60,617 nt of DNA from Candidatus Omnitrophota bacterium (lineage in GTDB: Bacteria; Omnitrophota; Gorgyraeia; Zapsychrales; Fredricksoniimonadaceae). Below the pieces are notes generated by a model. The model had not been told where the DNA came from, searched no databases, and saw only the letters and a program-made list of their open reading frames with translations. The number at the start of each line of letters is the position of its first letter. Positions within the stretch are counted from its first letter, which is position 1. The stretch lies in the NCBI GenBank assembly GCA_028870995.1, contig JAGWOI010000014.1:1-60617 (forward strand), given 5' to 3'. This document shows, in pieces, positions 50,294 to 59,100 of the stretch. A program made the translations under genes and the position numbers.

Positions 50294-51550
50294 TCAGGCC
50301 GCTTTTTTAATGACCCGCGCAGGAACACCAAGTGCTATTTTCCCCGCGGGGATGCTTCTTCCTTTAGGCAACACTGAACCGGCGCCGATCACGGCCCCGG
50401 CACCGATACGGTTGGGCGCCACCAAGATCGCATCCGAACCTACGAAAACCTTCGGACCGATGGTGGTTTTATTCTTATTCTTGCCGTCGAAATTCGCCGT
50501 CACCACCCCGGCCCCGATATTGGTCCCGGCGCCCACATGGGCATCGCCCAAAAACGAAAAATGCTTTTGAAAAACCCCTTTGCCGATAGTCGAGCGCGAA
50601 ACCTCGGCAAAGTTGCCGATCTCCGCCCCATCGCTGATGCGCGTACCCGGGCGAAGGCGCGCTAAAGGCCCGATACTGCAATTCTTACCGATGCGCACGT
50701 CCGCATGGATGACGGTCATCGGATGGATGACCGTATCGCGGCCGATGGACACATCCGATTCAATAAATGTTGTCAAAGGATCTACGACGGTGACCCCGGC
50801 GGCCATGTGCCCGCTTAAGATCCTTTGGCGTATAATGGCCTGGGCCTGGGCCAGGTCTTCCCTGGTGTTGACGCCAAAGGCAACGGTTGCCTCACCGGCG
50901 GTAAAGGTACTCACCTTCCTGCCTTCAGCCAGCAGCAGCTCGATGACATCCGTCAGATAGAATTCTTTTTTAACAGCGTTCTTTCTGACTTTTTTGAGGA
51001 CCTGGAACAGATCTTTCGCAGCAAAACAATAAACGCCGACATTGATCTCCTTGATCTGGTCCTCCAGCTGGGAAGCATTCTTCTGCTCCCGGATGGCCGC
51101 AATCTCCCCCGCAGACCCCCGCACAATGCGTCCATACCCGTGAGGGGCATCGATGCAGGCTGTGAGGACCGTCGCCGATGCGCGCAAGGCCTGATGGCGT
51201 TTGAGCAAGGCGGCCACGGTGGCTTTAGTCAGCAGGGGCGTATCCCCGCAAAGGACCAGGACCGTTCCCCGCCAGTTGCGCAGAAAAGGCGCGCAGCGAT
51301 TAACCGCGTCCGCCGTTCCCAGCAAGCGGTCCTGTTCGACAAAGGTGACGCTTTTGCCAAGGTGATCTCTCACCTTTTTGGCGCCGTGTCCCACCACCAC
51401 GTAGGTTTTCAAAGAACGCAAATCTTTGGGTATATCCAGAACGTAATCGAGTACCGTCTTGCCGCAGATTTTATGAAGCACCTTGGGGATCTCGGATTTC
51501 ATCCTTGTCCCCTTGCCTGCCGCCAAAATAATCGCTTGAAACGCACTCAT
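50294..51550 (-). CDS. glmU: Bifunctional GlmU
   Basis: LAAGKGTRMKS..PKVLH, LGTA, GYGRI, EFYLTD, hexapeptide domain NIGAG..TANFDG. Confidence 0.93.
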   Translation of the reverse strand: MSAFQAIILAAGKGTRMKSEIPKVLHKICGKTVLDYVLDIPKDLRSLKTYVVVGHGAKKVRDHLGKSVTFVEQDRLLGTADAVNRCAPFLRNWRGTVLVLCGDTPLLTKATVAALLKRHQALRASATVLTACIDAPHGYGRIVRGSAGEIAAIREQKNASQLEDQIKEINVGVYCFAAKDLFQVLKKVRKNAVKKEFYLTDVIELLLAEGRKVSTFTAGEATVAFGVNTREDLAQAQAIIRQRILSGHMAAGVTVVDPLTTFIESDVSIGRDTVIHPMTVIHADVRIGKNCSIGPLARLRPGTRISDGAEIGNFAEVSRSTIGKGVFQKHFSFLGDAHVGAGTNIGAGVVTANFDGKNKNKTTIGPKVFVGSDAILVAPNRIGAGAVIGAGSVLPKGRSIPAGKIALGVPARVIKKAA

Positions 51551-51560
51551 ATTTTTAAAG

Positions 51561-51631
51561 TTGCCCAGTCAGGACTCGAACCTGAACAACGAGATCCAAA
51601 TTCTCGGGTGCTACCATTACACCACCGGGCA
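51561..51631 (-). tRNA. tRNA-Gln(TTG), CCA not encoded
   Basis: TGCCCGG/CTGGGCA acceptor stem, CGAGA-ATTTGGA-TCTCG anticodon arm, GGTTCGAGTCC. Confidence 0.93.
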
Positions 51632-51637
51632 GCTCAA

Positions 51638-52495
51638 TTACAAAGTACTGACCACAAAGACTTGGGCAAAACGCTTGTCCATTCGAGCCCGGAGGTCGAA
51701 GGCGTGTTGTTGCGACCGGACCAAACCATAGATCGACGGCCCGCTGCCCGAAAAACAAACACTTAAGGCTCCGGCGTCGAGCAATTTCTCTTTTAAATAA
51801 GCAAAATCAGGCCTCAACGACAAAATAGCAGGCTCTAGATCATTGGATAAAGCTCCTGCCAGTCGGCACACGTCCCCTTTTCTTAAAAAGGGAAGCAAAA
51901 TATTAACATTATCCTTTTTATTTGTCAATTTTAATTTAAGACGGGCAAAAACCTCTCTGGTGTACATTTTAACCTTCGGTGTCACAATAAGATGCCATAA
52001 TTTGGCAGGGCTTTTTAAGGGTGTGATGATCTCCCCGCGGCCCGTTCCTAAGGCAAAGGAAACATCGTAGACAAAGAACGCCACATCACTGCCCAGGCAG
52101 GAAGCGTAGTTGACCAGCTCTTTCTGTCCTAACCCCAACCGCCATAACCGGTTTAAACCCGATAGAACGGCAGCGGCATTGCTGGAACCCCCGGCCAGGC
52201 CCGCCGCCACAGGTATATTTTTTATAATATTTATATCAAGACCTGCTGAAATGGAAAAATCCTGCTTAAGCATCAAGGCCGCTTTATAAACCAGATTCTT
52301 AGGCCCCTTCGGCACATGGGGATGGCTGCAATGGATGGTTATCTTACCGGTTTTAACGCTTTTCAAGGTGATCGTGTCCGCCAGGCTGATGCGCTCAAAA
52401 ACAGTTCTAAGCTCATGATAGCCATCGGGCCTGGCCCCCAAAACATCAAGACACAGGTTTACTTTTGCCGATGAATGGACCGTGAGGTGAGGCAT
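51638..52495 (-). CDS. ispE: 4-diphosphocytidyl-2-C-methyl-D-erythritol kinase
   Basis: AKVNL.L, DGYHEL, KNIPVAAGLAGGSS, LGSDV, SGSG. Confidence 0.97.
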   Translation of the reverse strand: MPHLTVHSSAKVNLCLDVLGARPDGYHELRTVFERISLADTITLKSVKTGKITIHCSHPHVPKGPKNLVYKAALMLKQDFSISAGLDINIIKNIPVAAGLAGGSSNAAAVLSGLNRLWRLGLGQKELVNYASCLGSDVAFFVYDVSFALGTGRGEIITPLKSPAKLWHLIVTPKVKMYTREVFARLKLKLTNKKDNVNILLPFLRKGDVCRLAGALSNDLEPAILSLRPDFAYLKEKLLDAGALSVCFSGSGPSIYGLVRSQQHAFDLRARMDKRFAQVFVVSTL

Positions 52496-53460
52496 TTTTT
52501 CAGTTCTTTGATTTTGCGTTGGATGACAGGCTGCCCCGGATCCAGGTCCAGGGATTTCTGCCAATACCGGCAGGCCTCGGCATACTCTTTTAAGGCCTTG
52601 TAAACATCGCCGGTATGGTCATAGAGCGTCTCATTTTCGATCAGGCTCCCGGCTTTCTTTAAGGCCGCCAAACTTGCTTCATATTTCCTTTGCTTAAACA
52701 ACGCCCAACCCAGGCTGTCGTAATAAGCGCCGCTGGCGGGATCAATGGCAATGGCACGGCGGATCATGCGGATGGCTTCGTTCAAATGGACACCCTGCTC
52801 GGCATAAACATACCCCAGGGAGTTGAGCGCATCGCCGTTGTCTGGTTCGATCAGCAGGAGCCGGCGGAAAACATCAATGGCCTTGGGGTCATCATTCTCG
52901 TCGGCATAAACCGAACCCAACAAATAAAGGGCTGAAGTGTCGCGGGGATTGATTTGCAGCATTTTGTCAAACTGCACGATGGCTTCGGGGTATTCCTGCT
53001 GGGCATAATAAAGCTCGCCTAAGTACAAATAAACGTCGGTATCCGCCGGGTTGTCGCGGGCCGCGGTTTTAAGGATGGTCTCGTATTCTTGGGTGGCCAG
53101 GCCGTATTGATGTTGGGAAGAATACAACAGCGCCAGCATGTAGTGCGCTTCAGGCGCGTTCGGACAAAGACGCGCCACCGTCTTAAATTGGGCCATGGCC
53201 GCATCAAAGCGGTCAAGGCGCAGGTAAGAAACACCCAATTTCAGCCGGGGCGTACAGGCGGCAGGGTTATAGGCTACCGATCTCTTGTATTCCTTGAGGG
53301 CTTGGACGCTGTCATCATTGATGTCAGCACCGGCGGCCATGATATAGTGGGCCAGGCTCCTGGCTTGAGCCTGCAGCGAAGGCTGCCCCGCATGGCAAAG
53401 GCCGGGCACTGCCCAAAAAATTACAAACAAAAAAGGAGACAGGCGCTTTTTTAACTGCAT
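52459..53460 (-). CDS. Secreted TPR protein
   Basis: Signal peptide, multiple TPRs, ALNSLGY, YYDSLGW. Confidence 0.9.
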   Translation of the reverse strand: MQLKKRLSPFLFVIFWAVPGLCHAGQPSLQAQARSLAHYIMAAGADINDDSVQALKEYKRSVAYNPAACTPRLKLGVSYLRLDRFDAAMAQFKTVARLCPNAPEAHYMLALLYSSQHQYGLATQEYETILKTAARDNPADTDVYLYLGELYYAQQEYPEAIVQFDKMLQINPRDTSALYLLGSVYADENDDPKAIDVFRRLLLIEPDNGDALNSLGYVYAEQGVHLNEAIRMIRRAIAIDPASGAYYDSLGWALFKQRKYEASLAALKKAGSLIENETLYDHTGDVYKALKEYAEACRYWQKSLDLDPGQPVIQRKIKELKKCLTSRSIHRQK

Positions 53461-53530
53461 CCCTTTAGGAGTGCTGCTAAAAAAGCACCTGCTCCCCTCA
53501 GAGCTTTTAAACATACGCCTGCTCCCTAAA

Positions 53531-53632
53531 TTAGCGAGTAGCTCTCTTCTTGAGATGGCGTAAGGCTTTGCGTAACTTTTTACGCTTGTGGGTCCTGATT
53601 TTGATAAGTTTTCTTTTTCTTCCGCAGGGCAT
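53531..53632 (-). CDS. bS22/AURKAIP1-COX24-type small basic ribosomal protein (33 aa)
   Basis: Below ORF cutoff. MPCGRKRKLIKIRTHKRKKLRKALRHLKKRATR; AAGGA RBS. Confidence 0.85.
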   Translation of the reverse strand: MPCGRKRKLIKIRTHKRKKLRKALRHLKKRATR

Positions 53633-53660
53633 AGTGTATTTCCTTTAGTGACCTTCTTCC

Positions 53661-54536
53661 TTAATAAATAAGCTTATTCAGAGAATATTCGATGATCCCT
53701 TCCGCCCCTGCTTCCTTCAGGGCCGGGATGATCTTGCGCACGGTACCTTCGTCGATAACGGTTTCCAAAGCCACCCATTGGTCATTGACCAACGGTGAAA
53801 TGGTGGGGTTGCGCAAGGCGGTGACCGTATTTAAAACTTTGTCGAGATTTTTGCGCTGCACATTCATCTTAAGGCCAACCATGTTCTTGGCCTGCAGCGC
53901 CCCCTGCAGCAGCATGATGACCTGCTCCATCTTTGTCTTTTTCCAGGCATCCTTCAGGGCCTTCTTATTGGCGATGAACTGGGTGGTGGATTCGCACAGG
54001 GTGTCGACAATGCGCAATTTGTTGGCTCGCAAGGATGAGCCGGTTTCCGTCAATTCGACGATGGCATCCACGAGGCCGGTGGCCACCTTCGCTTCGGTAG
54101 CCCCCCAGGAGAATTCCACATCGGCGGTAACCTTATGCTTGCTCAAATATTTTTTGGTGACATTGACCACTTCCGTGGCGATTTTCTTGCCCTGCAGGTC
54201 CTTGACGGACTTAATGGAGGAGGCTTCAGGCACCGCCAGGACCCAGCGGACCTTGGTGGTGGTCTGCTTGGCATACAGCAATTCGGAAAGCGAAACGACA
54301 TCGGAAGAATTCTCATCGATCCAGTCGGCGCCGGTGATGCCGCAGTCTAAGGTCTCATCCTCGACATAACGGGACATTTCCTGGGCGCGCAGCAGCACGG
54401 GGCTGATCTCTTCGTCGTCGATCTGGGGAAAATAGGAGCGCGAAGAAACGGTCACTTTGAAACCCGCTTTCTCGAAAAGCGCCACCGTCGCCTCCTGCAA
54501 ACTCCCCTTGGGCAATCCCAACTTAAGCTTTTTCAA
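53661..54536 (-). CDS. hisG: ATP phosphoribosyltransferase (long form)
   Basis: [33 protein letters not shown]; C-terminal regulatory domain. Confidence 0.97.
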   Translation of the reverse strand: MKKLKLGLPKGSLQEATVALFEKAGFKVTVSSRSYFPQIDDEEISPVLLRAQEMSRYVEDETLDCGITGADWIDENSSDVVSLSELLYAKQTTTKVRWVLAVPEASSIKSVKDLQGKKIATEVVNVTKKYLSKHKVTADVEFSWGATEAKVATGLVDAIVELTETGSSLRANKLRIVDTLCESTTQFIANKKALKDAWKKTKMEQVIMLLQGALQAKNMVGLKMNVQRKNLDKVLNTVTALRNPTISPLVNDQWVALETVIDEGTVRKIIPALKEAGAEGIIEYSLNKLIY

Positions 54537-54611
54537 ACCGCACTGCTCCCTTCAATAAAATTAATAAATTTTTCCTTCAAAACGACAATTTAATAATAGC
54601 AATGAAGGCAA

Positions 54612-54678
54612 ATTATAGCCTTCGATACGTCTAATGTAAAGTTATTTTATTGTCAAAGCTCCCAGGGTTAGCTATAAT
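54612..54678. promoter_or_regulatory. Back-to-back divergent sigma70 promoters (hisG and surA-like gene)
   Basis: Minus strand TTTACA (54635-40), N17, TATAAT (54612-17); plus strand TTGTCA (54650-55), N17, TATAAT (54673-78). Confidence 0.7.
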
Positions 54679-54715
54679 GGCACCTTTCAAAACCATTCAT
54701 AGGGGACACGTGTTT

Positions 54716-56137
54716 ATGCTCGAAGTTTTCCGCAAGAAAGGCGTCAACCAAACCATCCTTTGGGTCATCACCGTCATCGTCATTCTCTCTTTCGGCGTTT
54801 TCTGGACCGCCAACCGTTACGACACCGGCGTCAACAGTGTCGGTACGATGTACGGCCACAGCGTCAGCCGCCAGGATTTCGAACAGGCTTATGATGATGC
54901 CCGCGACCAGGACATCAGGACCTACGGTACCGATTTCTTCAAAAACAGCGCCAAATTCGACCTGGAAGCACAGGCCTGGGACCGTTTGATCCTCCTACGG
55001 GAAGCCCGCAAGCGCGGCATCAGGATAAGCGACGCCCAGGTGGTGGACGCGATCGCCAGCATGCCATTTTTCCAGACAGGCGGAAAATTTGACGAGGTAC
55101 GGTATGAAGAAACCGTGCAAAGCCCCGACGGTTTTGACCGGCCCACCCATGATTTCGAGGAAGGCGTCCGCCGGCAACTGATGATCAAGAAATTGGTCGA
55201 CCAGGTCGCCCCTGAAAAAACGTTCACTGATGCCGAATTACGCAACATTTACGATAAACGCAACGAAAAGATCACCCTGCAATATGTCTTGTTCAATGCG
55301 GCTGATTATGCCAAGAATGTTCCCGTTACTGACGAGGGCATCAACAAGTATTACCAACAGCACCATGAAGAGTTTGCCGCTCCCCCTTCCATCGTCCTTA
55401 ATTATGTGCAGACCAAGAATAAAGCCCTGGCCCAGGCTCTTTCCCGTCAGCTGGTGCCGGGAAGCGATTTTGCCGCCACGGCCAAAAAATTAAATTTAGA
55501 AGTTAAGACATCCGCGGCCTTTACTCAGGACCAGCCGATCCTTACCTTCGCTTATAATCCCGACAATATCCAAAAGTTCTTTGCCATGGAACCGGGGGAA
55601 TATTCTCCGGTTCTCGAAGCCCCGGACGGCTGGCAGATCGTGCAGCTCAAGGAAAAGCATCCCTCTTCCATCCCCGCTTTAAAGGATATTAAGGATAAAG
55701 TGAAAGAAGCGCTGCTCTTGGAAAAAGGCTTTAGCCTCGCTAAGCCCCAGGCGGACAAGGCGCTAGCCGCGCTGACCAAGGCATTAAAGACCAAAGATTT
55801 TAAGACAGCAGCGACGGACTTAGGCCTGAAGGTCCAGGAGACCCCCGCTTTCGGACGCAGGGAATTCATCGCCAGCACCGGACTGATAGCGGAATTCCAA
55901 CAGGAAGTCGACGAGCTTAATGCGGACAAAAGATTAAGCGGCGTCATCGCCACGTCACAGGGACCGGCCATCATCTATCTTGAAAAAGAACAAAAGCCTT
56001 CAAAGGCGGAGTTTGATTCGGATAAGGAGAACTTCAGGGAAATGCTGGGTGCCGAAGAGCGCAATCAGCTCCTGGTGGCCTTCATAACCCGGCTTCGTGC
56101 CGAAGCTGATGTGCACAGCCGGATCAAGACCCGGTAA
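54716..56137 (+). CDS. PpiD/SurA N-terminal-domain periplasmic chaperone
   Basis: N-terminal TM, LLREARKRGIRISD, FQTGGKFD..Y, parvulin-like segment (GEYSPV....GWQIV). Confidence 0.85.
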   Translation: MLEVFRKKGVNQTILWVITVIVILSFGVFWTANRYDTGVNSVGTMYGHSVSRQDFEQAYDDARDQDIRTYGTDFFKNSAKFDLEAQAWDRLILLREARKRGIRISDAQVVDAIASMPFFQTGGKFDEVRYEETVQSPDGFDRPTHDFEEGVRRQLMIKKLVDQVAPEKTFTDAELRNIYDKRNEKITLQYVLFNAADYAKNVPVTDEGINKYYQQHHEEFAAPPSIVLNYVQTKNKALAQALSRQLVPGSDFAATAKKLNLEVKTSAAFTQDQPILTFAYNPDNIQKFFAMEPGEYSPVLEAPDGWQIVQLKEKHPSSIPALKDIKDKVKEALLLEKGFSLAKPQADKALAALTKALKTKDFKTAATDLGLKVQETPAFGRREFIASTGLIAEFQQEVDELNADKRLSGVIATSQGPAIIYLEKEQKPSKAEFDSDKENFREMLGAEERNQLLVAFITRLRAEADVHSRIKTR

Positions 56138-59100
56138 CACCAAGAAACTTCCTCAAGTCAACCATAGGCTGGACATGGATAATGACCGGCATGAAACCCG
56201 GGGCATTGCCCAACCGGGCCAGCTGGGCGGGATCAAGATGAAATTTAATCGCCTGGCCGGAGTTATTCATGTGCAGATTCATTTGCCCGGCGGTCAGGTC
56301 GATACCGCCGGTCGTCTGGGCCTTGTCCGCATCCAAGATGCCTTGCAGCATGTTGCCCACCTCTGCCATCGACGCCGGACGCTGTGCCGACGCCCCCACC
56401 ATGCGATTGGTCAGGTCATCGATCTTCATGGAAACGTTCTGCGATACCGGGTTTTCGACATCATGCTGCGAAAGCACATCCTGCAAGGTCCTGCCCAGGC
56501 TGTACATGTCGGAAGAAACGCTGCTTAAATTTTCATACTTGTCCGAATAAGAAGGTGTCATGGCGGGGATCGGTTCACCGAACTTCCTGGCAATGCCAAA
56601 ATCAATCAACATAAATTCGCCCCGGGCATTAACAACGATGTTCGCCGGTTTAATATCATTATGCGCCCACCCCAATTGGTGAACCGCCTGCAGCGTTTGG
56701 ACAAGGCCCTGCACAATACCTATTTTTGCAGCCATAGGCATGGCAAACCAAAACTCCGGCGATTTATTAAGGCTTACCCCTCCCTCGATGCCTTTTAGTT
56801 TCATCCAAAAGGCGTTGTTCTCATCGACCCCTACCTCCAAAAGCTGCGGCACTCCCTGAATTCCCGACTCATTCATATGATAAATCAACCGCGCGGAATC
56901 CTTGGTGGTCTTATTAGAGGGGCCGCGATGCGCGACCTTATAAAAAATGCTTGTGTCGTCCGGGTCCTGGTAGACAGAGGCCGCCCCGCCTTCTCCCAGG
57001 ACTTCCATCCGGGCAAAATCCGGTGCCGATTCGCTGACAAGCCCGTCGAATTCGGGTATCTTATTCAATAAATTTAATGCCTGTTTTCTGGCCCCGGAAA
57101 CCGGTGGCAGTACGGAGACCATGGCACTGTTGGCGCTGTTGGCAATCTCGCTCAACCGCAAGGCGTCAGGATTATTTTGATCTACCAGTTCAGGCAGCGC
57201 AAACTTCAATAACGCCGCGGGGCTGCCCTGCTTTTCCAAGAAAGCCTGCTTTTGCATTATTAAACCGCCGAGATGCCCAACCTCAATGAAGAACGTGTAT
57301 TGGCCGTTAGTCCATCTGGCCTGATCTTGAGCGACGTAGCCGATGACATCCCTTCTATAAATATCCGCCATGGACTTGACGTCATGGGCCAACCGAGCCG
57401 ATTTAAATTGTCCGTCGTCCAAAGGATCCAACGCCGCGAGAACGGCCTTTTTCGCATTTTCCGGCTGGGTCCAATAATTATCTTCTATTTCCAAAGTGCG
57501 CAAAGCTTCCGGATTGGTTTGGTCCACCAGCCGGGGCAAAGCAAACCTTAACAGGGCTGCCGGGCTGCTCTCCTTATCTAAATAAGGTTTTTTGACCACA
57601 GAAGCCATCAGGCCAGAAAGGCCGCCTCTCTCCCTGAAAAATCCTATTTGACCGTCGGTAAACCTTTTGCTATCGGAGGCTTTGTAGGCGATAACATACT
57701 TTCTGTACAACTCGGCCATACGTTTAATATCCCCCGCCTTACGGGCCGCTTCAAATTTCCCCTTGTCTTCAACGCTTTCATCGCCAATACTATCCAGCAC
57801 AGCCAGGATATAATTCTTCGCGGTGATTTCATTGTCCCAAAAACCCCGGGGAAAGGTCACATGGTCTCTTCGCTTGGCCATGTACCACCTCTTAGCGTCC
57901 GCATAAGAAAAACCGTCCTTCACTGCTTTGATTTCAGAAGGGCTGCTGCGCATGGCCGGGTCTTGTGAAACACTGTAATCAATTTCCAGCGTAATGGCCG
58001 TGTTGTTTTCAATGGAAACGCTGGTACCGTTGTTGGTAAACTTCAGCCCTCCCTCAAACCGCGCGGACTTATTGGCATCAACCACCCTGCGTACGGTGCC
58101 TTCCCAGTCCGCCATAAATAACTCCCCGTTAGTGAAGCCAAGGGCCAATTCGCTGCCGCTTACACGGACCAAGGCCTTGCCGCGCCACCCGGCCTCAAAG
58201 GTCATGGTGCTTCCAGGAGCCAAGAATCTTGTTTTGGGCAGGATCCCCTGGTCCTCTCCGGTGGCCTTCTGCAAATCCTCATCGGCATCAGGAGTGGACA
58301 GGCGTTCGAAAAAAGGGTTTCTTGAAGAGAAATACTGTTTATACCTGCCCAGGTCCTGCGCTTTCAAGAACTCTCTGACTTCAGGATAGGTATCAAATTC
58401 GTTTAAGATGCCCACCAAATTCCAATACAACTCCGAGCCGTTGATTTTATCGAGCGGTGATCCGCTGCCTTTCATCAATTGCATTAAGTTAGCTCTATTG
58501 TGGTCTATGACCAGCACCCTCCTTAAAGAATTGAGCATATACCCCTGGTATTCCATACCTCTCCTGTCTTGGAAGGCGTTGAAATACAGGATCAGTTTGT
58601 TCAGATAACTTCGCAAGGCCGGCACGCTCTGATCAAGGACAACTTCATTCTCAGCATCGATCATATCTACGAATAACGGCTTTATGTCCACAGCAGGCGT
58701 CGTTCGTATTTCTTCCCTGAATAATCCGATATGGATATCCCAGGCCTTCCACGGAAAAACCAAGGGTTTGGAAACAAGCAAGCGCAGATCCTGGTCGTCC
58801 GATTTGAGGATGGCCTTAAGAAAGGCATATACTTCATTGGCGTTGGCGTCTTTAACCAGCTGGAGAACATCTTTACTTGTGATGCTGACGGTATTGGTCT
58901 CGCTGACACCTTCAATCGTTTTTAAAATCAATTCATTGAGAATTTTGTATTTAGCATATTGTTCAGGATGGTGTTTTTGAAAAGCCGCGTCATCTACACT
59001 GACCATCGCCTGGTTAACCGGTATCGCCTGCTTGATGCCGGCCAGGGCACTGTTGAGCGCCACCTTGCTTTCATCCGGCAATAAATACCAGACCAGGTCA

